A stretch of DNA of 63,494 bases, filler included, from Octopus bimaculoides (GCF_001194135.2; 6 parts of 6 records of this genome joined end to end with filler, not necessarily neighbours in it); one strand, 5' to 3'. Numbered from the whole stretch's first letter, positions 25,858 through 39,620 are shown. Made by a program: numbers and translations. Notes: generated by a model not told the origin, from the sequence alone.

Positions 25858-26799
25858 NNNNNNNNNNNNNNNNNNNNNNNNNNNNNNNNNNNNNNNNNNN
25901 NNNNNNNNNNNNNNNNNNNNNNNNNNNNNNNNNNNNNNNNNNNNNNNNNNNNNNNNATATTCATATATGTATATATGGATATATGTATATATAAATATAG
26001 ATATATACACACACACATATATACATACATATATGTATATATATATATATATGTACGTATATATGTACATATATACACACATATTTATTTACATATGCAT
26101 ACACACACACACACACACACAGAGTCTTAGAATACTAAAGCATGCTATTAAATGTAATAATATTCTTTAAAATTAACAAACAATTACAGTTGAATTGTTT
26201 GTAAGAACTGGCTGTCTTCTGTTGAAGATATAGAATTAATTTATACATGATGTAAGGTTAGTATATATAGTTATACAACTGAAGGAGGTGTGATACTCAA
26301 CTTCTGGGTTCTTAGTACATTTTTCTTCCATGTCCGTCTCTTAATTTCTATCTATAGGTTTTGCTTCGGGTTGAATCACACTTTGAAACAGGAATTTTGT
26401 CGAAATGATGTTTGAGTTGGGGCATAGGGAAAAATTACTTTTCAAATATATTGCACATAATACACGTAAAGAATCATTTTAATATCTTGAATCCTTGTTA
26501 TCACATCATGTGATAGTTGTTATCGGGCTTCACCATCATGCAAGCAATGTTATTCGTTTCTAGGTATCTGTGAAAAACATGTCTGGCCATAGGGAAAAAT
26601 ATTACTTTGCTTGGAAACAGGCGAGTGTTGGAGACAAGATGGGCATCTGGTCGTAGAAAATCTGTCTCAATAAATTCCGTTTGACCTGTGCAAGATGAAA
26701 ACGCAGACAGCAAAACGATGATGGTGATGATGATTAGATTAACGTCTGTAGGACAACCGATTTTTACTCTCTTGTTTAGTTTTCTCTGTTCTTGATCGT

Positions 26800-27500
26800 T
26801 ATGTCTATCCTGTTCACGTCTTACAGAGGTTTTGACAGGAAGATACCAACTATATTTTTTCGTATTATGGATGAGTATCTAATTGATTTACTTACATTCC
26901 TACATAATTTGTGCATCAGGTATCTTGTTATTTTTTCTTGGTTCTATATTGCCAAAAACATATCCTTCAAGTTGAGAACAAATGAATCAGTCGTTTGTTT
27001 AAGACAGACAACTCTGGTTGTCTAAGTTGATTTCGGTCTGAAGTTGATGTCGTTCAAGACCTCTTTGCCGATAAACAAAATACCTTTTATCAGATGTTCT
27101 ATCGTTTTAAAGTTGTGCAATTTCCCTTGTTATGAATCCTTGGTTACCAATCGGGGAATATTTTGCGAGGTATACCTTTCCAGTTCTTACATCTTTATCA
27201 TACATGTATTCAGACAAAATTCATTGATGTGATTTGACGCCACTTGGTGTTTAGTGGATGCTGTCAAAATGATATTTTGCTGCATTCAAAGGATGTTTGA
27301 ATCAATGTTATGTCCCTGTGTTCTTTTTGTTGAAGGTAGTAGTAGTCAGTATCACCTGTGTATTCATTTCTGGTGGCGGATAGCTTTCAGAGTTTAACAT
27401 CAATAACCCAAATCTCATCAACTGTCAACTCGAGGAGAGCACAGGCTAGTATGAATTCTGGTGCAATAAACGCATAGCAGTCCACTTATTAATTGCAAGC
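26800..27500 (-). mobile_element. Possible highly decayed Penelope-like element (thumb region)
   Basis: Only fragmentary resemblance (F-D-S..HP.NTK; ELE.YL..QNYP-like across frameshifts). Confidence 0.25.
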
Positions 27501-28844
27501 AATGAATATTGCGGTTCGTACATTTTACTCTGGGTTTATCCTGGTTAAGTATTTCTTATTACAAGCGTCGAAATAGGATATACTTTCTTCTATTCCTAGA
27601 AGCCTCTATTTTTGTTGAGTTTTCAGCACAATGTGAAGGGGAAGAACTAAATGTCAGTTTGTAAAATGGCCGCAGTCACATTTTTCTCTTTTCTTTTGAA
27701 ACGATGAAATTGTTCCTATTTGAGTAGGTCTTTATTTACGTCGAAAGGGACGTGGTTACTGACTCCAATAGAATTTTATTGTTGTAGTTTGAGTTGAGAT
27801 GGTAAGGTGGTTCAGGCCGGAAGATTGTGTGTACCGCTTTCAAGTAAGGTAGAACAGATTGCTTTCCATACAGAATATGTTAAAATACCTTCAACTTAAA
27901 TTCACTTTAGAATCTGAAACTTCTGAAAAGAACGTGACTATGAGGATTATGTTTTGAACAGCCTTCTTGAGCAATTTGCATTTAATTTGGAATACTATGG
28001 TTTCGTACCAAAAACACTAAATCACTGCTCCATTAGAACCAAAGAATAAAGTCAAAATCGACTGCATAGCGATTTAAACTTAAAATGTAAAGGGACATGA
28101 CTTAATATATTAAGAATTTTTGTAATACGACCTACTTCATCAGCCAATCCATTGCCTTTCTAATGCTAACAAGAAGATCTTTGAACAAAAGTTGGAAGAA
28201 CCAGTTGTTACTTGATAAAATGCATAATGATATGTACTTTTACCCTTAAATGTTCTGAGTTCACATCTTATCAGGTTTAATTTTGCTTATTATCCATTCG
28301 TGGTCAGTGAAATTTTATACCCTCTCAAAAAGTTTGTGGCTTTGAGCTTATATAAGGAATCGATCATATGAGCATTCGGAAAACCTCGCTGTTTCATTAT
28401 TAAGATCGATATTCCTGTTTCTATAAATGATGTTAGTGTCAAAATGGTTCACAGTCATTTCACAGATTTTTTTTCTAGAGAAAATATGTTGTGAAAATTT
28501 TATATTCTAAAAGAAAATATTTTCTTTGAATTTCATATTCTAAGTGAAAATATGTTCTTAGAATTTTTAAAGATTATGCGATTTTTTTTATTCAAAATCT
28601 CTTTTTTAATAAATCGAAAGAAAACATTGCAGAACTTAAGGTTAACTAATGCTATTAAAAATGGAAGTAAAGAGATTTATCTTAAATACTTGAAATGTAA
28701 TCCACAGTCCAACGATCCAACGAGACTGCACCTGTGCTGTTGCACAACATGCAAGCAATAGCGGCAAAAAATATCCTTCATATCCAATACTCTTTCTAAT
28801 TTTTGACACAAGGCCAGCAATTTTGAGGAAATGGAGGAATCAAT

Positions 28845-29150
28845 TACATCGACTCGAGTGCTCAGCTGTTACTTATTTTATCGAACCCAAACTGATGAAA
28901 GGTAAAGTCGACCTCGGCAGAAGTTTTATATGTAATAAGGATTTCAAATTTTGGCACAACGCCAGCAAGTTCGGAGAAAAGATAAAGTGTATTACATCAA
29001 TCCCCGTGCGCACTTGGTACTTATTTTTTCGACTCCGAAAGGATGAAAGGCAGAGATGACCTCGGTAGAATTTGAACTCAGAACATAAAGAGAGATGAAA
29101 TGCCGTTAAGCATTTTGCACGACATGCTAACGATTCTGTCAGTTTGCTGC
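28845..29150 (-). mobile_element. Two adjacent SINE copies/fragments
   Basis: Reverse complement of the CTTTGCCTTTCATCC...GATAAAATAAGTA core twice; head GAATTTGAACTCAGAAC...GCTAACGATTCTG. Confidence 0.75.
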
Positions 29151-30226
29151 CTTATCTTTACATGTAATATTAATGTCTATAAGATCTAACTAGGTTTTGT
29201 TTTAGAAAATTCTACGTATAAATTTGTTGGCATTGATGTTTAGCACCAAACCAGCTCTGGTCCAGCAGCCCTATGTTCAAAGCCGTTCCGACGGCTTTAT
29301 ACAATGTCTCTGACATTACGCTATTTCATGTGGCCTTCTCTTTTAAGATAGTCGGTTTTAATGTAACAGAAATACGATTGCTATGTATTATAGGTCGAGC
29401 ATCAACATAGACAGTCCCCCGTTGTTAACTGATGATGCACGATGACTTATTAGGATTTATTCAATTAGAGAGCATTTTATTTCGCAACTTCGTGTTTTAT
29501 CTAATTGGCAGTTTCTTTTTAATCACAGGACTACGTGATCGCACAATAGTATCCACACGGCACACATGAGCACATTTCGTTAATAAAAATAGAGTATATA
29601 AATTTCATCTTAGTTTTGAAGATTAGTGTATTACTACCTCGATAAATAAAACTATTTACTCGTTACTGTTATTGTAGTGTATTCAACGCGGAATCAATGA
29701 CAATAAACATTGAATTTTGTATATAACTGCAATATGAATTTATGTTAGAGCTGTGTTGGAAAACATTGCCGACTGTCTTTCCGGGTCTATAGATAACAGT
29801 TGCAGACAACAGGAAAGATCTTTGGTTATGCAAGCTAATGGAAACATTTACATATGAAGACTAGGAGATTTGTGTATGTGTCTGTGTGAGAGAGAGTGTG
29901 AGTGCGTATCTGTGTGTATGTGTTTGTGTGTATGTGTGAGTGTCAGTGTAATTGATGGTCAGGAAAAAACAAACAAAATCTGCACCACCTTACACAATTC
30001 TATCTTCATACGTATATATATACATATACATATGCATATACATATATATATATATATATATANNNNNNNNNNNNNNNNNNNNNNNNNNNNNNNNNNNNNN
30101 NNNNNNTTAATTAATTAANNNNNNNNNNNNNNNNNNNNNNNNNNNNNNNNNNNNNNNNNNNNGTACATACATACGTACATACATATGTATCTGTGTGTGT
30201 CTGTGTGTATGTATGTGTATAAGTAT

Positions 30227-30282
<56 letters not shown>

Positions 30283-30299
30283 ATAGATAAATAGATAGA

Positions 30300-30485
30300 T
30301 ATCGCGTGACCGAGTGGTTGGGTGTTGTACTCACGATCACGAGATTCTGGTTCCCTTGTATTCTTGAAGAAAACACATCATTTTACGTTGCTCTGCGATC
30401 ACTTTGACGTCTGACTTGTGGTACACTGTGCACCTGTACATGCAATGTCGATTTAATAGAGAGAGGTTGCTAATCTATAGCAGAA
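30300..30485 (+). mobile_element. Diverged tRNA-derived SINE head
   Basis: CGCGTGACCGAGTGGTTGGGTGTTG...CACGATCACGAGATT followed by TTGAAGAAAACACATCATTTTACGTTGCTC, related to 7242-7500. Confidence 0.55.
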
Positions 30486-30501
30486 GTGTGTGTGTGTGAG
30501 T

Positions 30502-30580
<79 letters not shown>

Positions 30581-31611
30581 TCAAATTTAAAACTTAAAAG
30601 AGAGTTTTGACGCTGATATCCATTATTATTGAAATTTTTTCCTCTGTCAACATTTCTGTATAAGGCTATATTTAACCGTCAAATTCAAGTCAAATATATA
30701 ATTTACCTTACACATCTTCAGGGTAAAAGGTAAAGAACAAAAAGTAAACACCAAAACCATCGTCTCTAAGTCTAGTTCATATTCAAATTTCTCCTTAAAT
30801 AACTCCTTAAAGAAATTCCTCCTTAAATAAAGGTCCGTTATAATATTATTAATTAATTATAAACAATCACATATTACAATGGAAATCTATATTATATTAT
30901 CTCCAGAAACTTTAGCAAATAATCACAACTGCTATTGGTAAATTATATATTGATATGGCCTGCCTTAAGACCTAATATTATGCTATAATATACTATAATA
31001 CCCGGTCAAACTGCAATTTATAACTCATTTAAACCAGAGAAACGTGTGTTTTGGATAATGGGTACATCCGAGAGCATTATTTGTTAGTTTATTTATCAAT
31101 TTACCCTTAGAGAATAATATAAAATATAGTTCTAATTTACATAACGAGCGATATCTCCTACCTTTGTCATACGGGAAAGACCTCCCAATGATTGACCATT
31201 CTAGCGAATATTGCTTTTTTTGTTCTTTCAGTTCCCAAATGAATTTACTAAGACTAGAACTTGCTATTTTACAGAAGTAAAGATATATTCAATCAAGACA
31301 ATTGTTTTTGTTTAATTTGCTCTGTCTGAAAGAACAGGTAGTACCCATCGCCTTCTCAGGTTCTTTGTGATTAGTGAGAATGGTACCGTTTATGTTCTTC
31401 CTGAACTATCGCAGGTTAACATCTGCACGAATGACGGCGTTCTTAAAGGCAAGACTGGACGTTCTGGGAAGACAAGACTGGATACACAAGAACAAATTGG
31501 ACAGTGCAGAAAGGGCACAACATAATCACACTGCAGTACTGTATCCCATACAGTTAATCACTGACTGTCAAAAGTGTACTGAATGGTCTTAAGGGAGGTA
31601 GAAACATGATA

Positions 31612-31834
31612 CAGTAACCCCTCACCATATCGCAGTTCACCTATCGGGGTTTCTTATTTAATCTTACGTCGATTCCTCCGAGGTGCTGTTTTGCATTTAT
31701 AATAAAATGAATATATTCATATTATAATAATAATAATAATAAATAAACAGTACAGTACTGTTTCTACTTCGCAGATTTTCACCTATCGCGAGGTATTTTG
31801 AAACGTAACAGCCGCGATAGTCGAGGGATTAGTG
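31612..31834. mobile_element. Tigger/pogo-like MITE with TA TSD
   Basis: TA|CAGTAACCCCTCACCATATCGC ... GCGATAGTCGAGGGATTAGTG|TA; imperfect TIRs, internal CAGTACAGTACTG. Confidence 0.75.
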
Positions 31835-33887
31835 TATATCTGAAACAACACTTCTGTGAGTTGCTGCTGATTGTTGACCGACTTCTTGATCAAAGCTGAC
31901 GAGGTTATACAACACTAAAACCAACCATAACAAACAAATAAATAAATGGATCTCTGTCGGTTTCGAAGACAAGAACTCAGTTATTCGCTCACTGAATTTT
32001 TGCTCATTGAACTAATGTATAAGTGGTTGAGTATCCCATAGACACGTGTACTATTAACATAATCCTGAGGTAGAATCAGCGTGATAAAGAGCGTATCAAG
32101 TATAATCTGTCCGGCGGGTCTCCTGTGAAGTTTCTGTCTTTACTCACAAGGCTTGATCTACCCGCTGCAATGGCAAAAAAGACACTTTCTGAAGATGTCA
32201 CGTAGTGGGATCGAACCCCACCTCCACAACCTTGTAATTGTGAAGCGAACTTCTTAACTGTTTGGCCATGTTAAATCCACTCCCAAAACTAGCTACACTA
32301 ACATACAACTACCATTATCTAATAGCCATTATTATTATATTTCCAGGAATGGATACTTTCAGCAGAAGAAAATCGGAAGTAAAACCAGCGTCATACGGCA
32401 TTCGTCATAGTTGAATCTAACCAATGTACATTCTTAATTCATTGGTTGCCTTCCAACAACAGCAGCGAACCCTAACCCTAACTACACTCTCAACCATACC
32501 AATTCTACATCACCCTCATCTTGATCCTGGAAATATTCACAAAAACCCCACCTTGTCTCAACTCATTGAAATAGTTCTTCAGAATTATATATATATATAT
32601 ATATATATATNNNNNNNNNNNNNNNNNNNNNNNNNNNNNNNNNNNNNNNNNNNNNNNNNNNNNNNNNNNNNNNNNNNNNNNNNNNNNNNNNNNNNNNNNN
32701 NNNNNNNNNNNNNNNNNNNNNNNNNNNNNNNNNNNNNNNNNNNNNNNNNNNNNNNNNNNNNNNNNNNNNNNNNNNNATGTTGTTGTTGTTGTTGTTTATT
32801 AGACAACTACAACAACAATACTAAAAAAAAACAACCATGAATAAAAAGATATTTTTTAAGAAAAGTTTTATAAAGAATAAACCAATACATAAATAAAAGT
32901 TTTGTATTTCAAATCTTCAATGAATTGTCTTATTCCTGCCTTGTTTGTCTGTGTTTATTGTGTTTTTCTTTTTTTTCCTTTTGGACCTGGGGGAAGGGCT
33001 GGTTTTGGTAGTCCCTTTAAGACTACGGAGAACGATATGGTCAATGTTCTTGAACGGCTAAATGTACAGAGTACAAGAAGAGTGCCGACATTTTGGGAAG
33101 GAAGAATTAGGATCTGTGGAGGTACACAATATGTGTGATAAGAAGGGGTGATGTGAGCTGGGAGTATCTAAGTGGATATAGCTCGAGATCAGGCTACTAT
33201 GAGGAGCATAAACCACTAAAATATCCGTAGACAAGCATGTTTGTGAGCTAGAAACTGAAGTGTGTTGGGAAACGGCCTCCTACCGCTCAATCGGGTGGCA
33301 TTCATGGAGGCAATCTGGGATCACTTTCCGTGTAGTAACAACACCGTCTCAGATGTAGGATTAGTATTACATCGATGTTGTTTCTACTGTGGAATGATCG
33401 TTAGAGTGTCGAACAAAATGCCATGCAGTATTTGTGGTATTTGCTTCGTTCTGGAGTCAAATCCCACCGAAGTTAAGTCTACCTTTCATCCTTTCGGAGT
33501 CAATAAGTACCAATCAAGTACTCGGATCGATATGTTCGACTTGTTTCCTCCTCTGTGAAGGGTTGGGAATTGTTTTGGGATCTTAAATTGTCGCTCGCAA
33601 TTTCAAGTGCTCATTCAAATTCTCTGGCGGTGCTGCTGCTGGCAAGAAAAGGGATGGGTGGGGCTAGCTTACAAACCACATGGTTCCAGGTTCAGTTCCA
33701 GAAATCGTTGGGTCTAGACACGAAGAATTCCTCATACCACGTTTTCAGCAACATGTTGTTGATGCTGTTGTTGCTGCTGCTGTTTGTTTGTTGTTGTTGT
33801 TGTTGTTGTTGCTGTTTGTTGTTGAACGAAACGCCTCGCAAACTGTTGGAGATTAACCGACAAAGTCAGCAGTGTAATGGGTCTATA

Positions 33888-34149
33888 AATAAAAAAATAA
33901 ATGCGCCCTTTTAAAGTCTAACCAGGCTCATGGGCCCGGTTTCCCGGTTTCAATGGCGCATGCGTTCCCCAGCTGGACGAGACGCCAGTCCATCGAAGCG
34001 TTACTCATTTTTGCCAGCTGAGTGGACTGGAGCAACGTGAAATGAAGTGTTTTGCTCAAGAACACAACGCGTCGCTCGGTCCAGGAATCGAAACCACAAT
34101 CTTACGATCATGATGCTGACACCCTAACCACTAAGCCACGCGCCTCCAC
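33888..34149 (-). mobile_element. Full-length tRNA-derived SINE with TSD
   Basis: Reverse complement of the 7242-7500 family; TSD AATGGGTCTATA (33876-33887) / AATGGGCCTATA (34150-34161). Confidence 0.9.
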
Positions 34150-34249
34150 AATGGGCCTATATCAGAAGAATAAAAAATGGATGCGGTAGAACTTCCCAGC
34201 CAAACACTTATAATATAGCATAAGTGACGTTTGTGTCTTAATCATGGAG

Positions 34250-34480
34250 AGAGAGGGTGAGTGGCGACGGTATCATGAGAACATCCCATCTGCTTGAACT
34301 GACACAGAGTCTCCTGAAAGAGCTCGTTCGATTGGTCTTCGTTGGACAGAACAGGTCGACCTGAAGGTGGAGTGTCTATGACTTCGAATTTTCCTCCTGC
34401 TCGAAGCGTGACAGCCGTCTCTGTGCAGTTCTTTCAGTAATATTGCTTTCTCTGTAACACATAACAAATGTCGCGAGGAG
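34250..34480 (-). mobile_element. Mariner transposase N-terminal relic
   Basis: Across frameshifts: ESNITERTAQRRLSRFEQ...DTPPSGRPVLSNEDQSNELFQE...QMGCSHDTVATH (mariner HTH). Confidence 0.7.
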
Positions 34481-35161
34481 AAGTAACGAAAACTGTTCCT
34501 TTTTTTTTTTTTTTTAATACTTGGCATTTAATTGTCCTATGTCTGAAAAGAGGTAAGATTTATTCAAATTTCAAAAGCGATAAACAAAAATTTGTAGAAG
34601 AAAAATAGGGATATATATAAAAAAAAAAAAACATACAACACTACGAGAAAAAGTACTTGCCCGAAAACGACAATTTTTTTTGAGAGCCTTGTGTGTGTGT
34701 GTGTGTGTGTTCACATATTGAAATATAAATTCATTGTCCAGCAAAGCAAAAAAAAATTTGTAAGGGGGGTAACTCCTGTAAAAATGCCAAGGGAGATTAT
34801 TTGAGAGTGTATATATTAATGAACATATTAATGCACACACACACACACGTGCGCTTTTTAAACTAGGGCACTTACCAACCCATCCACCTTTTTGTTCGTC
34901 AATCCCTATTTTTTTGTATCTTCACCATCTCTCTTTCAATCCATCTATCTGCCTATCTTGTATTGACGTCTTCAGCTGCACATTGCGTGTGTATGTGTGT
35001 GCGTGTATGTATGTGTATGTGTGTGTGTTTGTGTGCGTGAATGCGTTGGTGCGTGCGTGCAATGTGTATGTGCATGTGTGTGTGTGTGTGTATGAGAGAG
35101 AGAGAGTGTGTGTGTGATTCGTTTCGTCTTATCAAAAAGGATATAAATATAAGTCAAGATA

Positions 35162-35673
35162 CAATAATGACTCGATATACGAGTTAAATTGTTCCCGAAG
35201 TCGCTCGTAAAGCGAAAACTCGTAAAGCAGAGCGATGTTTTTCCATAGTAGCACTTCGTTTCCAGATCAATATTTTACCTATAAGATTTATGATATATTA
35301 ATGAATGAATGGCAATAAAACAACAGCAGAATGAGAAGAATATCTTATGTAAAGTAAAAGGAATGCCAATGTCATTTATAATAAAAAAATATTATTATTA
35401 TTATTATTATTGTTTTCTAAGCCATTTTCACTAGCACCCCATTCGTGCACACCATCACTTATAGACGCGATCGCCGGTTCACAAACACTCGTTAAAGGAC
35501 TTATTCTTTTAATCCTTTACATGCTTCAATTATTTGACTGCGACCACGATGGAGCACTGCCTTTAGTCGAACAAATCGACCCCAGAACTTATTCTTTGTA
35601 AGCCTTCCCGAACCGTTAAGTTTCGGGGACATAAACACACCAACATCAGTTGTCAAGTGATGGTGAGGGAACA

Positions 35674-35706
<33 letters not shown>

Positions 35707-36091
35707 CGGGCTTCTTTCAGTTTCCGTCTACCAGATCCACTGACAAGGCTTTGGTCGGCCCGAGGCTATAGCAGAAGACCACTTGCCTAAGGTGTCACGC
35801 AGTGGGACTGAAACTGGAACCATTTCGTTGGGAAGCAAGCTTTTTACCACACAGTCACGCCTCTTTTACTCTTTTACTTGTTTAAGGCATTTGACTGCGG
35901 CCATGCTGGAGCACCGCCTTTAGTCGAGCAAGTCGACCCCACGACTTATTCTTTGTAAGCCTAGTACTTATTCTATCGGTCTCCTTTGCCGAACCGCTAG
36001 GTTACGGCCCAAGGTGCCACGCAGTGGGACTGAACTCCGAACCATGTAGTTCTTAAGCAAGCTACTTACCACACAGCCACTCCTACGACTG

Positions 36092-36135
<44 letters not shown>

Positions 36136-36401
36136 CATTGGCGCAGGCGTGAGTCTGCAGTAAGAAGTTTGCCTCTCAACCTCACGGTCCGTTTTTTTTT
36201 GGGGGGGGGGCGGGTTACTCTCCGTAAGTTTCTCGGTAACATGCTGAAGCATTTGCTATGGTGGTAGAAATTTTGTGCACTTCGTTCAAAATTTGGATCT
36301 TGTGTTTGAAAAATAAAACTCATAAACCCGGGGTCTCGTAAAGCGAGTCCTCCTAAAGTGAGTCCTCGTAAAGCGAGTCCTCCTAAAGTGAGGTATTACT
36401 G
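35162..36401. mobile_element. Tigger/pogo-like MITE split by two nested SINEs
   Basis: TA|CAATAATGACTCGATATACGAG left end and CCTAAAGTGAGGTATTACTG|TA right end; 30-bp tandem duplication at ~36335-36394. Confidence 0.55.
35505..36086 (-). mobile_element. Two tandem CORE-type SINEs (35505-35862 near full length; 35863-36086 internally deleted)
   Basis: Reverse complement of the 20031-20415 family; both have GCAGTGGGACTGAA and GGAGCAC(T/C)GCCTTTAGTCGA. Confidence 0.85.
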
Positions 36402-36403
36402 TA

Positions 36404-36700
36404 GTAGTTCACTGACAGACAGGGCCGGCTCAAGATACCGGTAACTCGAGCAGTCACCTGCGGCGCCATGTGTTGGGTCCCCAAGGAGAGCGTAACAAAG
36501 ACAAGGAAATTGTACAAGCCGAAGTCCAGCTTGCCCGGGGCGCCAGCAACACTTGGGCCGGCTGCGCTGACAGGTCCCGATACTTCAGGATTTGTTCCGT
36601 TCGGTTATGGAAGCAGTGACCCTCCCATTTACTGCAGCATCCAAGATGTGGTATGGAGGAACAATCCCAGATTGTATCCAACTTTGAAACGGTCATGTGC
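36404..36700 (-). mobile_element. CRE-like LINE fragment interrupted by the hAT MITE
   Basis: Shares TAAATGGGAGGGTCACTGCTTCCATA with the CRE relic at ~39390; translates HILDAAVNGRVTASITERNK/LKYRDLSVNY once the MITE is removed. Confidence 0.55.
36420..36566. mobile_element. hAT-like MITE with 8-bp TSD
   Basis: Starts CAGGGCCGGCTCAAG, ends CTTGGGCCGGCTGCG; flanked by CTGACAGA (36412-36419) / CTGACAGG (36567-36574). Confidence 0.65.
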
Positions 36701-37249
36701 GATCTGAGAGAAATTTGGCTGCTGTTTTAACAGAAAACTTATTCAGAAAATATAAATTAAGTAATGATGCAATAATTTTTTTCTTTAAATCATTTTAATT
36801 TCATATCCTTGTTTTCTACCGGCTAAAAATTATATAGAAATTATTTAAACCGTATATCTTATATTAAATAAATAAAAAAGTAAAGAAAGAAAGAAGTTTT
36901 AAAGAAAATATTCTTTTATTAACAATAACAGTTTTATTGACCTTATAAAATACGGAGAAGGGTTCAATGTTTAAGAATGTATGTGTGTATGAATGTGATA
37001 AGCATGTTTAATGTCCATGTGTGTGTGCAGTAAAGATATGTGTATACGATACATATATAAAACATAACCGTATTAAAAATACAAATACAAAACGGGTGGA
37101 AAAAATAGCAATTAAACACCATTATCGAATGTAATTTACATTTCTATACAGCGGTGGGTTTTTTTACTACTTGTTGAATCCCATAGTAAGCACTATGTTG
37201 TGTGGGTGTGTGGGTGTTATGTATGTATGACAAGACGAGATAAGAATCA

Positions 37250-37443
37250 TTAACCGAAACTTGTGTGGATAATTCCGCGATCGTTCCTTTATATCCGGGC
37301 TGTTTCTTCGTCTAAAGAGTTTTCACTTTGGCGAGAGAGAGAGAGAAGAAAAGAAGGAGAGAGCAGGAAATTAAGTGTTTCATTGAACGGCACCAGTTTT
37401 ATGATATATTCAATTATTCAAGGTGTACATGATGATGATAAAC
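37250..37443 (+). other. Candidate first exon (5'UTR +/- short coding start)
   Basis: CpG-containing non-repetitive island in very AT-rich DNA, GA-rich leader, ATGATGATGATAAAC then a perfect GTAAGT donor at 37444; no partner exon found. Confidence 0.3.
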
Positions 37444-38984
37444 GTAAGTAATTTTGTAATTTGTCATAGATTAGTATTACACAAGTTAATCGTCTTATTG
37501 TTTCGAGTCGAATCTAAAGAATACCGTTTTATCGTCTTTTTAATTTGTAAAACTTAGTCTTTTATTATTTCGTTCAGAAATTAAATAGAAATTGTTCGGA
37601 ATTATAATTAAATAAACAACCAGGAAATAAAGATAAGAAATAACTCTTCGTTCGATTTTTCACGCTTCTGGCTTTTATAACTTTTTTTCTTATATTTATG
37701 GTATTTATTAGCAATTAAGCAGTTATTGGGAAGAATTTAGGGTTTTGCAGTATCTGAATATAAATAGTTAAAAGTGGGATTATTTAGTTATTATTTAGTT
37801 GTTTGTCATTGACAAGCTATTGAATTGTTTCACATGGCGGATTTCTGGTTTAAACAACCCATATAACCAACCCGTCATAACTTTTATTTTTAAAAATTTT
37901 CAGAAAATATTTGCGAATTTGTGTTCTACACACGGAAATTCCTACGCTTGTGTGATTTAATGACGATTTAGCTGTTGTTTTTAGCACACCTCACAATCAC
38001 CTTTCTAGTTCTGACATGCATTATGTTTTCAGTATCTCCACCGCCATAAACATATTTATTGAAATGATGCGGCACCCAGGAGAGGTCCATAGCTGGGGTT
38101 TAATCAACAACAACAAAAAAATTAAAAACAAATTGTATTGTCCGTATTTTAAATTCTGATTTTAAAAAAATTCGAGGAAATGTAGAACTTCTAGGATTTC
38201 TGTATAAACATAGTGGTGAGCTGATAGAATTGTTGTCGCGTCAGAAAAAATGCTTTGTGGGTATTTCTTCCAACTTTATGTTCTGAGTTCAAATGTGGCT
38301 GGGATCGATTTTAGTTTTCGTCCTTTCGAGGGCGATAAAATTAAGCACTAGGGTCGATGTAATCTATTTACAGCTTCCCCCAACAAAATCTGAAACCAAT
38401 ATGTATATTGATAATATACATATTATTAATATTGAATATTGATTATATGTTTGTTCTACGTAAAGTATTTATCTATTGACAAGGCCTCAGCAATCTAGGT
38501 AACCAAGACACCTTAATGGCCACCATGCTTTCTTGCGTTTTTTTCACTTCCTTATTTTGGGTTGTTTCTTTTCTTACTCCAGGTTTTGAATTTTTTTTTT
38601 TTTTAATAGCATAAGTGTGTTTTTATGGGGAGAAAATATTGAAAAATCTCAATATTTCAATCTTTTTTTTTTTTTCACCGAAAAGGATTCTCCTAATCTT
38701 TTGTAAGTGCATAGTGCAAAATTAATTTGGCCAAAATTGGTCCGGAGGGGTGGTGAAGGGTTAGGTGAAAAATGTTCGTAANNNNNNNNNNATGGGAAAA
38801 TCCTCGTGAAAATTGGGGGAAATCCAACTAGCGTGGGTGTCATGACCTAAAACTCCGTCCAGATTTTTATTTAACAACATATTTTTACAGACTGAAAAGG
38901 AAAAAAAAAAAAGAAACACTAAAAGTATAAAACATCAAATTATAAAGGAAAAAAAAAACAACTACTTTACCAAGGAAACAAAGT

Positions 38985-39620
38985 GAAATTGTCGGGTGAC
39001 TGGGTTGATGCCTGCCTTTAGCCAACATTGGTGGTCTACTTAGTCTGGATGGGGCTCTACATTTTCATTGCGCTCAAAGCGGGAGTTGATGTCTGTGGGG
39101 GACTGATATGTTGCTGTGGTAGGCCTCTTTCCGACAGACCTTCATGATTTGTCTTACCACCTAAATGCTGGTCGTTTTGCTCATCATACTGTGAGCTAAG
39201 CTTAACCATTAAGCAGGCCCCTAGCTCAAATTAATGTTCCCTTACTTATGGAGCCAGTGGGATTATCCAGAAGCGATGGGACGAGACCAGATGGTCTTAG
39301 CCTTTGTCCCTGGGTTAGAGGTAGGTGCCTCATCTGGGACCCACAATCTGTGACTCTTTTGTTCCCACTCACATTTTATATGCTGTGCTAAATGGGAGGG
39401 TCACTGCTTCCATAGTATCAGGACTTGTGAGTGGATTATTTCTTCCAGCCTTTGACATTTGAGACATTTGGAGGGGCTGGGCTGCTAACAGCTTAGTTCT
39501 TGTCATCTTTGGCAGCTCACCTTACCATGGTGTTAGGTGATGCCCATGAGGGTGCTTGGCTGTTCCAATACCTTAACCTCACTCCTGACTCGTGGGGCTT
39601 ATTTCTCAGATGGGCTACAC
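38985..39620 (+). mobile_element. CRE-clade non-LTR element C-terminal relic (RLE)
   Basis: LSGDWVDA.., MEPVGLSRSDGTRPDGLSLCPWVRGRCLIWD, FETFGG, LGDAHEGAWLFQYL: matches the CRE consensus EPxGLxRxDGKRPDG...WD. Confidence 0.75.

Noticed and set aside
26895-26942. 48-nt minus-strand exon candidate (NQEKITRYLMHKLCRN|GTAAGT), phase 0-0
   Set aside because: It is short, lies in a region resembling a decayed Penelope-like element, and has no independent support.
31334-31525. Protocadherin exon (FFVISENGTVYV resembles a cadherin strand)
   Set aside because: No LDxE, DxD or DxNDN calcium-binding motifs and no extended ORF.
36454-36707. GC-rich ORFs as host exons
   Set aside because: Explained by an hAT-like MITE inserted in a CRE fragment.
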